DNA from: Vicugna vicugna
Lineage: Eukaryota
DNA length: 57,951 nucleotides
NCBI GenBank assembly: GCA_013265495.1
Contig: MU058781.1
Span: 1,964,963 to 2,022,913 of the forward strand
Direction of reading: 5' to 3'
Each line of letters opens with the position of its first letter. Position 1 is the stretch's first letter. A program made the position numbers and the translations under genes. Of this stretch, positions 39,213-51,702 are shown piece by piece. The notes beneath the pieces were generated by a model. The model ran no database searches and was not told the DNA's origin. It saw only the letters and a list, made by a program, of their open reading frames with translations.

Positions 39213-41284
39213 CCAGACCTCAGCAAGACACAACAGGACCACAGCAAATACCACAAAAATATACGGAAGCCAGAGAGAAGATTCAGTCTGTATGCACACG
39301 GCATACTGGACCTGAGGGCTTGTAAAACAGAAAAGATATAAACACAGGAATGGTTACAAGAGTATTTTAAAACATAAAATGATGGTATTATTTCTTTAAA
39401 TCCTTCTGGAGTTAGGGAATAAAGACAAGTTTAAAAAGAAAACACGGTCATCTGAATCCTTGCAGCAATCTGGCATCATCAGCTTCATCATCCCCTCCCA
39501 AAGGCAAGAAGTATGGGTTTTGTCTAGGCTCTGACCTCGAGTACCAACTCACCCAGCTTTGTCCCATGGGTGTGACCCTGCTTTAAAACTGAAGTCCCGT
39601 GCTCCTGGGACCCCTTTAGTCCCAGGCAAACCTGGATGGTCAGTCATGCCATGTCTGGGGGGGGGGGCTCCAGGTTTTTACAGAGTCATGGCAGCCCCTG
39701 CAGAAGGGGAAGTGATGCTAAGTGACCTCTTTTGCTTTGGTCATCGAAGTTTCTCTTCTATGTGTTTTAAGAGTCAGAGATCCGCTGTGGGGTAGGGAAA
39801 TCTGCTCTCCGAGGGACTCCCTCTAGAATTCCATGATTTAATTATTTTTTTTTACAGGACAAATTGGCTTTTATAGACCAGTGGTTCCCACACCTGGCTG
39901 ATCCTAAGAGTCACTTGGGGAAATTTAAAACACTATACATTCCTGGCTACCACCCCTGGAGGTTCCGACTCAGATGGAATCAGGCGGAGCCAGAGATCTG
40001 TATTTTAAAAAATCTTTGCAGGCAACATACATATAAATTACTCACAAATGTCAGTATGTTAACTCTCATTAATAATAAATCACTTTGCATACATCTCACC
40101 AATGGTTAAGACACACCATTGTTTGAGACACTGTGTTCTAGTTTACCTTAAACTTTCCGTGCACCAGGAGGGCTTGTGAAAACAGCTCGCTGGGCCCCAC
40201 CCTCAGGGTTTCTGCTGCTGTGGGGCTGGGGCGACAGGGCATTTGCATTTCTAAGACACTCCCAGGGGATCATCAGTTACCTTCAGTAACATCTTTGCAG
40301 ACTAAGAGCTCAGTTGCGTGTCTCTCTCGTCTGGTCTCCTTAATCTTTGTCATCATTCTAACTCTTTCATCTCCCCCCAGGACAGTACTCTGTTAATTAC
40401 TGATAAATGAATGTGTAGATAAATGTTTTATTGGCCTCAGCAACAGTGACCTTCCGGCCAACTTCCTAAAGAATGCTATGTCCTGCACCCTTAGCGTGTC
40501 AGAAAGGTTTCTGCTGGTTATCTAAGGAATACTGACTGTATCGTGGGACCTCAGCCGAGGACATGGGTGGGAACAACAGGATTTCCTGCTCTCAGCTTTA
40601 GGGGCTTTGTGTAGAATACAATGAAGTGACTGCTGCATCTGTCCTGGGGCCTCCAGCCACGCCCACGACTCTCTCAAAGACTCCATTTCGCTGTTTGTCA
40701 CTTTCTTAGCCTGGCCGATTTCTTTTTCACCCACTAAGTCCTTTCTGGCTTTCTTTAGCTTGTCATTACATTTAAGTTTTTAAATTGACTTGCCAGGACG
40801 TATTCTGGTGGCTCTAACATTTTATTCCCGTGGGTAAACTTGTCATTACCCACCTGGAAGCCCAAGAATGAGTATTCTGATCTCTGCTCAGGCTGTGTGG
40901 GGCCCCTGGTCAGCCCCACGTCCTTTGGCCTGTGTCTGTTCTCGGTTGGTGCTGGCACAGCGGCAGCCACCTTGGCGCTGTCTCCCCACACATCTCCATT
41001 AGTACGAGAAGTGTTTCTTGGACTACAGAGACCTGTGCACTGCCTCAACCCCGACCTCAACCCAGACACGCCCCAGACAAAGTTGAAAGGAAGAGAAACC
41101 ACTGACCATTATTAGTCACTAAATAGGGGAGCATCCTGTCCAAGATCTGCAGGAAACTTCAGATGATGTTTAAGTGGCTTTGCAACTTTTATGTAAGTGC
41201 TTGAAATAAAAAACAGCAGCCAGAAAGACACAAATAATAATGATAATAATAATGGAATTTAAAGATTTCCTCTCCTTTTTTCAG

Positions 41285-41790
41285 ACTCCTATTTCTGTGA
41301 TAACACTGCAATCAGTTGCTTAGTTGGTATATAGTCTCATTACCCCTGAGAAAACGGGGTGAGTGTCCAATTGAGCAGGAAACAGAAGGCCTTCCCACCT
41401 CCTCCCTGGAAAGGGGGTTTGGTTCTGATCAGAGCCTATTGGGGAGAAATAAGTCTTCTAGAGCAGCTCTGCAACGACAGCCTAGCTCAGTGGCCACGTC
41501 TGTGGCAGTGAGCAAAAGCCCGTACCCAGGCGGTCACTGTGGGTCCCGCCTCCAGAGTCGACTAGTCAGCAACCAGAGGAGCCATCACTCTGCGGCTTCG
41601 TAACGTCGACAGCAGCACAGGAACAAAGCCTCTCCTCTGACGCCGTCCATGGCAGACGTGCATGCAAACTAGTCCAAACTGGTCTGGGAGGCTTGACCAC
41701 GTGTGCCCCGGAATGTTCCGGAACCTTTCTGGTGTTGTGCTCCTGATACGTGTGTTTCAGGAAACATCTCTGAACCAGGCTGATGGGAAA
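41285..41790 (+). pseudogene. two adjacent candidate pseudo-exons (41285-41358; ~41430-41790), RGS core
   Basis: ccttttttcag / ENG|gtgagt, then AYWGEISLLEQLCND (from 41434) vs recalled RGS22 ENGLLFWQEVQKYKDLC. Confidence 0.6.
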
Positions 41791-42221
41791 ATACCATGTT
41801 AAATAATAAATAAAATTGAGGTTTTTTTTAAAGTATTGACTCTCCATTTGGAGAGTCAAGTCACTCTAGCAAGAAACTGGGTGTTTTTCTTGCAGCTATA
41901 TGCATGTGTGTGTGCTTCTGTATAAAATCTAAACGTGACCCTGGTACATGGATAGGAAGGAGAAATTTGTCTGAACAATGGCGGAGGCGTAGATATTCCA
42001 GGAATATTGGGGAGATTGCAGAGGGAAAGATGAAGTCTTGGTGAATCATGCTACACTGGCATTCTTCCATCTTCATCTTTCTCTTTTTCTCTCTCCCTGT
42101 CTTGTGCTTCTCCTTTGCGTGTATTAAGCCATTCAGTAGCACCTTGAGCCTAGCCACTAGCAGCCAGAGCCGCAATGAATACTTTGACCTCCATATTCTG
42201 TGAGCTTCACTTCTTTTCTAG

Positions 42222-42323
42222 ATCCTATTATTGATTCCCCAAATTATAATATTAAACAACCCCAGACACAATATTCTTTCACTTAAGTTCTCTTCTCAGT
42301 TTGATCTCTCACTGGAGGAAAAG
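42222..42323 (+). pseudogene. candidate pseudo-exon (102 nt, open)
   Basis: ttcttttctag / aag|gtttgt; ILLLIPQ...FDLSLEEK, joins in phase 0 to IPLNWLQSR at 42809. Confidence 0.55.
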
Positions 42324-42808
42324 GTTTGTGTAGGTGTAAAAACCCGGCACTGGGCTGACTGTCACCATCCAGGAAATACCTACCTGCATATGCGGGGTAT
42401 GCTGGAAACCACCAAGGCCAAAGCTCTTTTACTAACTGGCAATACATTAAGAATTGAATATTAAAGGAACAGACCTTTACTGACCATTTACCATGTGTAA
42501 ATTCTATACAAGGCTCCACAGGGGACAGAAATGACTGAAGAGCTTACAAATAGCTTCGTTTATTGGAAGACGCAGATGCATAACCATGACCTATGCTAAT
42601 GCTGAAATAAACGATCGCTCTAAGGCTCTTTGTTTCATCACACTGTACGATCAACTGTAGTCACCACTTGATCATGCATGTTTTTTAAACTTAAACTTCT
42701 TTCCTTGCAAAGTTTCTCTTATAGAATTGAACTACTGAGAAAAAATTCAAAGAATTCTACTAGCCCTGTCCCATTTATACATCTTTTTTTTTTTTTTTTA
42801 ACTAAAAG

Positions 42809-43245
42809 ATCCCTCTCAATTGGCTGCAGTCAAGGACTCCAACTCAACACAGATTCCTCTGGCACTGAATTAACTTGTGCCACAGTTGTCTACAGTGCCT
42901 TCTCAGCTGGTTGATGGATACGTCTGTTACGCATCCCACTGATGTAGCCCAAGACACAAAAACCTGGTGAAAGATGAAGTAGGGGGAATTGTAGGGACTA
43001 ATTTGCATTGGGAGGAGGTGGGCAGGAGAAATTTCTTTTGTCAGAATTTTTTTAAGCCTCAAAATGATTTACAGTCAGATGATTTCAAGTATCAAGGGAT
43101 GATTCACTATCCAGATCTTACAAAAGAAAATTTTTAGAACATTATGGACACATGCTGAAAACTGAGAGACATCAACAAAGCCTGCCTAACTGAGGAGGCA
43201 AAGATTGTAGTAAATCCAAAATATGCTCACATTGAGGGCGTTAAG
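42809..43245 (+). pseudogene. candidate pseudo-exons (~42809-43017; ~43075-43245)
   Basis: poly-T acceptor; IPLNWLQSRTPTQHRFLWH*INLCH; KLRDINKACLTEEAKIVVN; aag|gtacta donor. Confidence 0.45.
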
Positions 43246-43628
43246 GTACTAGAGCATGTCTATACTCTAGGTTGTGCATGACAATGTGATGATACTTGTA
43301 GCTGGAGGAAGCTAAGTCTACCCTTAGAGGCTCCACCAGCTACAAGTCTGAGGTGGGAAGGAACCACCATATCTTCTCCTAGTTGAGGTCTGATGGACAC
43401 TGTTTTGTTTCTGCTTGAGTGAAGTGAATAAACGCATGGATACTTTTTAGTTAGGGAGATGTGAATTCAGATTCCAGGTGGGCCAATCTTGGCTCTGTAG
43501 TCATTCTACACCCCAGTAATTGTTTTGATTTAATAGTAATGGCTAAAAAAATTTTATGGGTTCCCAGAAGCACTGTTGCAAGCAGTGGGTGTGTATTACG
43601 ACATCTAATTTCACATCCAATGAGGCGA

Positions 43629-44178
43629 TGTGCAAAAAAGAGTTAACATAGCTGACCTGAGGATGCTAACCTTTGAAAGCCTGGCTTGCAAAGTTGACTC
43701 TTAGTGAACATCTGCGAACTTGGATTTCAAGAGGATTCTTACCATTCCCTGGTAAGAATTACTCACTCTACCTAACTCTTTGTACAAACAATGGGGTTTA
43801 TGCTGAACACCTGCTCCCTTCAACAAGTCTGGAATTTTGGCTTGTCCCACACAGAGGGTGCCTAAGTGGCCAGCCCTCAGTCAAAACCCTAGGACTGAGT
43901 TCCTAATGAGCTTCCTTGGTAGACACTACTTCACACCTGTCATAACTCACTGCAGGATGAAGTACGCATGTCCTCTGTGCCTCCGCTGGGGGATGAATCT
44001 TGGTAGCTTCTGCCTGGTTTCCCCTGGACTTTGCCCTGTGTGCGCTTCTTTTTGCTGATTTTGATTTGTATCCATTTGATGGAGTAGGTCTTAGCTGTGG
44101 GTATGATTATATGCTGAGTCCTGTGACTCCTCGGAGTGAGTCATCCAACCTGGGGGTGGGCCTGGGGACCCTGACACA
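43629..44178 (+). mobile_element. MER68-like ERVL solo LTR next to/inside a MIR
   Basis: tgtgcaaaaaagagttaacatagc...gggggtgggcctggggaccctgacaca. Confidence 0.75.
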
Positions 44179-46245
44179 GAAGTGTGACATTATTCTTCTC
44201 TCACTTTTAAAGGCGAGGAAGCTGATTCATGGAGAGATTAAGTAACTCTCTTAAGGTCATACAGTAAGCACATGGCATAACCTGGATTTGAACCCAGGCA
44301 GGTTGGTTCTAGACCCTTGTTATAGAATTACAGTAATATCTCCTTCACTGGGTGGTTGTGAGTGGAAGGAGGTGCATTTGCTCACCACACACCAAGTGCT
44401 CGGTGAATTATATTATTAGGCACCAGCCCTCTGTCCTTTCCGCCTGCTCACCAGGAAATCTAGCACATATTTCTCGCAGCTCAGTAATGAGTAGAATGTC
44501 TCCAACAAGTGGAAACATCTATGAGGAGAGAAAAGGGAGGGGAGTGGTATGGAACTTTTCTCACTATCTTTTTAACAATAATATTTATCATAATAATTTT
44601 TCCTTACAAGCCAAATGAAGCCTCTGCACTTTCTCTCCTCTTTCCTCACCTCTTCTGTGGTCTCCTCGTGTCCAGCCTGGAGGTGCTGGACACTGTGGAG
44701 ACGGTGATGGAATCAGGCCAGCAGGTGAGTGTTTAGGAACTGGAGCAGAACTGGAAAGGGTGGGCAGTTTTAGCTAAGCCCCTTCCATTATGGTAACCAT
44801 ATTTTCTACCACCTGTTCCCCAAATGGAACACACTGTCTCACAGGAGCCTTCTGTTTCCTGAAGTTATTTCTCAATCACCCGCATTCCTTTCTACCTTTC
44901 AAACCCCTAATTAATGCAGAAACATCCTGCTTCTTTCCACTGAGGAAACTAAATGACCCCAGTATTCCACAGGTCTATGCTTGCATTGCTTTCAAAGAAA
45001 AACAGCTTTCTGCTAAATGTCTGCTTTCTATATGTCACAGCAAATGTCCAGCAAGTTGCTATGATGCCCTAGTTGGTGGATCAAGGTGTCCTAGCTGGAG
45101 TCGGCTAGAGCCCAGTGCATCTACCTAGTAGGATTCCGAGGTAAAGGAAGAGGTCCCTATTGTAAAACCTCATCTCTGTCTACTCCCCGAAATTGTCTTT
45201 ACCAGAGAAGCAAACTTCTTATATCATTGGAAGAAGTATGACTTAAAATGTAATATGCAGGAGAGTAACAGCTGGAGTTCCACCAACTGGTATCAATGAG
45301 ATCAAATCCTTGCCTACAAGCACATTTTGATAAAACTAAAATTGGAAGGAGCCCACGGATATCGGGTGTTTGAAAAGAGGGCTTGGTCATACTAAGTGCC
45401 AGAAAAAGGAAATGGGATTTAGAAAGAAAAACTCGTGGTACCTAAGGATCATTTCACGAGTATAACAGATTTTTCCCATGGGAAATCTTGGCTCTGGGCA
45501 GTCAACACTTTAAAAACAATATGGGGGAGTTGGAAATAAAAAAAAGTAACCTCCTATCTTTAAATAAATGCATTTTCAGCTAAGAAAAATTAATGTCTTC
45601 AGAGCAAAGGCATCTATGCTGTAAGGATCCACCACAAGGAGTTGCTCAGTCATTAGATGAACGTCTTTAGGCAAATGACTTAGTTAAAAGACCCAGGTTT
45701 CAGTTCTAGCAGTGTCGTTAGATCATTTGCCTGACTTGATATAAGTCACTTTATCTATACACCTCGGTCTCCTCAGTTTCATTATCTGTAGAGTGGAGGA
45801 TGTAACAATGCTCCCCGGGACCACTGTGCACATGAAATAAGTTGATGCGGGTCCATGTGCCGTTGGGATTGTAAATTAGTACCTAAATGTTAGCTATTAA
45901 TATTTTGATCCAATGATGTTAACTAGCACTATGATTGAAGACATAACACATAACATAACACAAAAACCTAGTTTTCACTGTATTGGACATTAAGAAAGGA
46001 GGGTGACCTCAAGAGGAGAGCCTCATAGAGTTCAATTATAAACGGAAAGGGTGTGGCAATACACTCTTTGGGTAACTGGTCAAAATATGAGCCTTTCCCC
46101 GTTGTAGCCACCGTAAACCTTCCTCCTGGGTTTGTCTGGTTAAAATCACACACAGTGGTCGAAAAAGGCAATGGGCATCAATTAAAATTTAGGTCAGAGC
46201 CTCTGAGGTAGCCAGTGATTTAGTTTCTGGGATTAAGGAAGACAG

Positions 46246-46609
46246 AATCTTACCAATGGCTGGAGAAGAATAACATTCCTTTCTATTGTGATCATCCTAC
46301 ATCAAGGACATGTTTGAAATTTAGGCAGCGTAGTCTGATGTGCCTGCTAAAGTTATTATATGGCTGAACTTTTGAAAAACACAGCAGCACAATGTGTTAT
46401 ATCAATCTTTACTGTTGGTAAAAATCTTGGAGAACGCAAACTTGACTCACCTCCCCAAGAAGCTCACTCTAAAGTGGATCATTGTTCTAAAGGATTCATC
46501 CCGCCTGCTGGATTCAGGATCCATCTGCTTAGAGTCCCCTCTCCCCTCACCATCATTCAAACGTCCTATGCTTTCTTCGCAAACGCTGTAGGCTGTCATT
46601 AGGCTGAGA
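46246..46609 (+). pseudogene. candidate pseudo-exon, RGSL1 N-terminus-like
   Basis: YQWLEKNNIPFYC (46251-46289) vs recalled RGSL1 LTWLEKCRLPFFC; aga|gtaagc donor. Confidence 0.55.
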
Positions 46610-46712
46610 GTAAGCTGCAATTAGCAAGTGTCTCAGCTTCTCCTCCAAGGAACTGATTTTTCAGTGGAAATTTTTGTACGGTTCTCGTCTGATTTTTAAC
46701 TCTTCCCTGGAG

Positions 46713-46982
46713 ACCAAACTCCCCAGCTCAACTCTTGGCAGTGTGATTCTAAGACAGAACGATACCGTTTTGGACCAACTAATTACTATGATTTCTTAAC
46801 TTTAGCTACTAGCTGTTTTGGCACCTTCCACACAGCACCCCCTGCAAATGAATCCTGCCAAACTGGGAAATGTCTGGCTTTTCTGTCTGAACAATTAAAG
46901 ATTTACAAGACAGGATCTTGGCTCTCACAAAGCCTCTTCAGTGTGGTCAGGGACCCACTTGCATTTACTTCACTGGGAGAAG
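46713..46982 (+). pseudogene. candidate pseudo-exon (270 nt, frame fully open)
   Basis: ctcttccctggag / aag|gtgata; QTPQLNSW...LAFLSEQLKIYKTGSWLSQSLFSVVRDPLAF. Confidence 0.55.
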
Positions 46983-47093
46983 GTGATAAGGTGTTTGCCA
47001 CAGTGATCGAGGGGCTGGTTAGAACTTACTGTGGATAACCTGCCAGCTTCTTCTCCCCGTCCCCTGGGTCTGCATGGCCATTTGCAAATTGAG

Positions 47094-47272
47094 AAGGAGA
47101 GATGGGGATGGAGGAGAACCAGAAATCCAAACGGATGAAGAAACGTTTTAAACTTAAGAGTTTAAACAACGACAATTTACTTAACTTACAGATAAAATAA
47201 ACATAATTTGTCAACTACATTCCTGTGATTCTTCATTAGCACAGAAAATCAGGAGTTGTCTGTGCTTTAAAG
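47094..47272 (+). pseudogene. candidate pseudo-exon
   Basis: aag|gtaata donor; KRFKLKSLNNDNLLNLQIK*T*FVNYI. Confidence 0.4.
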
Positions 47273-48603
47273 GTAATACAATGATTTTGTTTGTTTGTTT
47301 TATCAATGGGTTACTTGGAGGTAACTATTATAATACTTGGGTACAGCACAAATCAATACACGATGAAACAATGGATCCCACTAGGTTTCCAACTTTAAAC
47401 CCACTTAAAAAAAACCCACTTAGAACCCACTTAGAAAAAAGCTCCACGCTGGCTGGGACTGTTGGTCGTGTTCTCCGAGGTGCCCAGCACCCTGTAGGGC
47501 CTCCATCAATATTTGTTGACTGATGACTGATAAGGAGGTTGGTCCACATGATAACAAAGGAAAGCTAACTTTAAAAAATGCTTCTTACATTTCATCTTAA
47601 TACTTGCACCTATGTGATCCTGTTTACCACCTGGGTAATGAAATATGTGCCATTCTGACCTTCTTTTACAGAGGCTGAACTGAATTTAATCGGATTGTTT
47701 CATGCATCCTAGAAGACATTTTAATATCTGTATTTCCATGGTTTCCTCTTCTGGAATTCTCTTTTCTTGTCACACCCTACTCATTCTTTAGGCTCCTTCT
47801 CCTTTTTGAAACCTTATTCTCTCTCCTCCTCTTCCTCCTACCAGCTACCGTGTACAGAGCATTTAAGGTGTCAGATGCTGCTCTGGGTACTTGGTGTGTA
47901 TTGACTTACAGAACACTCAACACCATGTACTGACTCATAAGACCTTCAAAACCACACAGTGAGGTAGGACTGCCATTACCTCCTTTTTCTGCAGATAAGA
48001 CACTGAGAAACAGAAAGGTAAAGCACCTCGCTCAAGAGCACACAGCAGGTGGGTGGCAGAGGTGGGGTTTTAACCCAGGCAGTAGGATCTGCCCGTTTCC
48101 TCAACTCCAGTGGTCACTTTTTTTTTTTTAAACAAGGAGATAGGTAATAATGATCATTTTATTAAAAATGGGTTTGTACTATACGTGCTATCTTATTTGT
48201 TGCTTTGAATTTAGTTCACATCTTGTCATGTCTTGGCGTATAGATCAGCTTTATTCTTCTGTAACAGTATCACAGTATTTCAAAGTGTGGCTCGCCAAAT
48301 TTTATTATAATTTAAGGACGCCACCGATGGACTTCCCGACTGTGTTCATATTTTCAATAACACGCACAATTTCATCTCAAATAGGCTCAAAAGAAAGAAA
48401 CCTGTGCTGAACTCCAATAGAGAGCACTGGGCCAAGATCTTCTATGCTGTTAGGAAATAAACGACTCAGTCGAGAGAAAACACGACAGAGGAGAGACCAA
48501 CACTTCTCCAGCTGGGCAGGCAAGGCACGTCACTACTGGTGTGGTTGTCGATTGGCATACGTGAGAAGTAGTCTCCCTGTGCAAGGCTTGTTTACCTATA
48601 AAG

Positions 48604-48848
48604 CTGACATATCTTTCTGCTAAATCATCCCGGCAGGAACACAGGAGGACCAGTCCCTGAATCACAGGCCTGCTTAGAGCAAGATATTGCACAAAAGCAT
48701 TACTGAAGTTTTCCCATGGCTGAAGCTCAGGCCAAAAGTATGCTTTGCTCTGCTATATTAAGTGGAGCTCTGTTTTTCAACCGCGCTGTTATTAAAATAC
48801 TAGAGCAGATTCAAATTTGCTTTCCTGGAGAAGTCTGTCTCGCCTGCA
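48604..48848 (+). pseudogene. candidate pseudo-exon, RGS C-terminal part
   Basis: gca|gtgagt donor; ALFFNRAVIKILEQIQICF / (other frame) AFLEKS. Confidence 0.5.
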
Positions 48849-50630
48849 GTGAGTGCAGACCAAGAGGTCGGGCTTCTTGTTTTCACAACGGATTGCCAGT
48901 CCTGCTACCCCTCGTCCGGCGGCGGCGGCTTCCACCGGGGCTGGGGTGGGACGGGGTGGCTTCCGTTCTGCCCTCCCACGACCTGCACTCTGGTCAGAGG
49001 GATCGGCTCACGGGTCCCGGAAGCGCACTGGCGCCCAGCTGCCCTGCTTCTCTGCTCCGGCCACCTTTCCTTCCCCTATCACAATCTCCTCGTGCTTTTC
49101 TATACCTTCCCTATTCTGAGAAGACCATCCAGAGACCCCCTCACCTGTGCAGGCGTCCTGGCTTATGTAGCTCTTCTTCCCACACACGGCAGCACTCGTC
49201 CCTAACACTCACCAGGACGTTCATTCATTCATGACACATTTGCTGAGCACCTACCAAGTGCCAGATACAACAGTGAACAAAACAAAGTCCTGCACCCATG
49301 GGGCTGGCATTCCAGGGGAGGAGACAGACAATAAGCACATACACAGGTACTTCTAGGCCAGGTGATAATAAGCTCAGGTAATGGAGTGGGTGTGCAAGGT
49401 GGGATGTGGTGATTTTATAAAGCATGGAAGGGGAGGGCTGCGTGAGAAGGCGACGTGGCCCGGAGAGCTGAATGAGGAAAGGGAGGAGCCTGGGAGGCAG
49501 GTGTCTCCTGGAAGGTCCTTCTAGCTTAAAAGCCTTGAGTTGGGCACATCAAGGAGGCCATTTAGCTACTTTTTAAATGTGATCTTTTTTTAAAAAAAAA
49601 TATACACTGTCTCTTCAACTCAAATGTAAGATTCTTGAGAATGGGGGCTCTATGCTGGAGGTAATAGATAATAAATTCCAGTATTTGAGGTACAGCAGTT
49701 TGTAGTATACATCCTTGTGCCCCCTCCAGCCCTCACCTAAAGCTTTGATTGGATTACTGCCTGTAGCTTGTGGCACTCAAATATCCTAATAAGATACTGA
49801 TGTTCTTAGAGTGTGGCACTCTATGCCCGTGGCCACACATAGCACTTAGCAAGCTGGCACAGACACTCTCATTTTTTTTTAAGTTTTAAGAAAACAGATT
49901 CTCTGTTCTAAACGAAATGAAGTAATGCCTTTATTCATAGAGCCTGTCCTTGCTTCAGACAGAAACCAAAAATGCCATGCAAAAAGGATACCAATAAAGC
50001 AAGCAACTTAAAGCAACCAAGGAAACAAGCAAACACCACCTGCTAGTCCCAAGTCTTCCTAAAGCAATCCTTCCAAAATCGTGATGCCTTAGCCAAGTGG
50101 TTCTTTTGTGCGTCTTGTCATAAAAATAAAGGCACTGTGAAAAAATCAAAGAACTATGTACTACATAACCTGGTTATTTTATTTTAAATACAATTGTAGG
50201 CAGTTTTGTTAATCCTCGTCATTTATAACTGAGTTACATGTGATTTGAAAGCTGTATAATTTACAGCATGTCAGGTATAATTGTTGAAATGTGTTTATGG
50301 CCATTGCGTAATTCACATCTGAGGTCCCATGTCGACCATAACATCCATGAAGGTGCAACTCACTAAATCCCAGTAACATTTTATAAGGAAAATTGGATTT
50401 GATTGACTCGAGGTGTATTTGGAGTGTTTCTTGAAGGCATGAAACCTACTGCAAATGATTTAATTAGTTGACCACCTCCCACCTATGAGCTCCTCGAGGA
50501 TGGGGACTTTATCTTCTTGGCTTCACTCTTAAGTCCTCAACACCTCGCACAGTGCTTGGCCCACACTGGGCCCTTAACCACTGTTGAATAAATAACTACT
50601 AAATTATTTTCTAAAATGAGATATGTTATC

Positions 50631-51050
50631 TGTGATGGTTAATTTCATGTGTCACCCTGACCAAGCCAAGATACCCCGATATTTGGTCAAACATTACTTT
50701 AATGTTGCTGTGAAGTTATTTTTTAAGTAAGATTTACATGTAAGTCCGTAAACTCTGAGTAAAGTGATAACACTCTGTACTGTGAGTGGGCCTCACCTAA
50801 GCAGATGAAGTCTTTAAGAGAAAAAAGACTGACTTCCTCTCTGACCAAGAGTTCTGCCAGCAGACTGACTCTGCACTTGACTGCAAAATCAGATCTTGCC
50901 TGGGTCTCCAGCCTGCAGCCGACTCTGCAGATTTTGAATTTGCCAGCTTCCATAAATGCATGAGCCAATTCCTTAAAATAAATCTTTCTTTATATGTACA
51001 TACACACATCCTGTTGGTTCTGTTTCTCTGAAGAACCAGGAATGATGTAG
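50631..51050 (+). mobile_element. MLT2-type ERVL solo LTR
   Basis: tgtgatggttaatttcatgtgtca...catgagccaattccttaaaataaatc...ggttctgtttctctgaagaacc. Confidence 0.85.
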
Positions 51051-51423
51051 TATCCCTTAGTCATTTACTCTCTCAACGAGTTAGTCAATATACATGTCAT
51101 TTACCAAGAGGTAATCTCACCCACCAAGGCCCTGCAGTCACCAAAGCCAGACCAGTGACACAATCCCTGCCACTAGCTAGAGACCTCAACTCTCCACTCT
51201 GGTGCAGGGACAGAGAGCATTCTCTCCTTAACGTTTTGGGTTTTTTTGGGAAGCAAAGTACATTTTCCCTCTAGAGAAACAGGTGCTGAGAGAAGACTGA
51301 ACATGCTAAAGCCACGCTGTGGCACACAGGCTTACTACTGTGCTTTTAGGGGAAAATACTTCCCAGGGTTGTGCTGAGCCACTGATAGTATCACTTCCTC
51401 TAAATATTTCCACTCTTTACGAG

Positions 51424-51702
51424 TGAAGCTGTGGGCGGGGAATTTCAGAGTCATGGAAATAGTCAAACGGTTGTGAAAGGTTCACAGACGCTGTACCATT
51501 TGATGACTGCGTGCTAATACACTCTAAGGAAAAGTCCCATACACTCTAAGGAGAAGATGAATCTAAAAATACATCAGTGGGAAGGCTCCAGGGATGTGTT
51601 GCATGAAATGTGGACCCTTCAGGACGGAACAATGTGGTTAGTACTCGGCTTGCTGATTGCCGGGAGGATGCTTCTGAGATCCTCGCACTGAGGGTTTCTG
51701 CG
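51424..51702 (+). pseudogene. candidate pseudo-exon, RGS core
   Basis: I*KYISGKAP (51561-51590), then frameshifted NVDPSGRNNVVSTRLADCREDASEIL; gcg|gtaggg donor. Confidence 0.6.

Noticed and set aside
47397..47435. Three copies of aacccactta
   Set aside because: Short slippage-type tandem repeat; not CRISPR-like, with no evident function.
48716..49234. 172-aa ORF as a stand-alone gene
   Set aside because: Only the 5' part, up to the GTGAGT donor at 48849, looks coding; the rest is GC-rich read-through.
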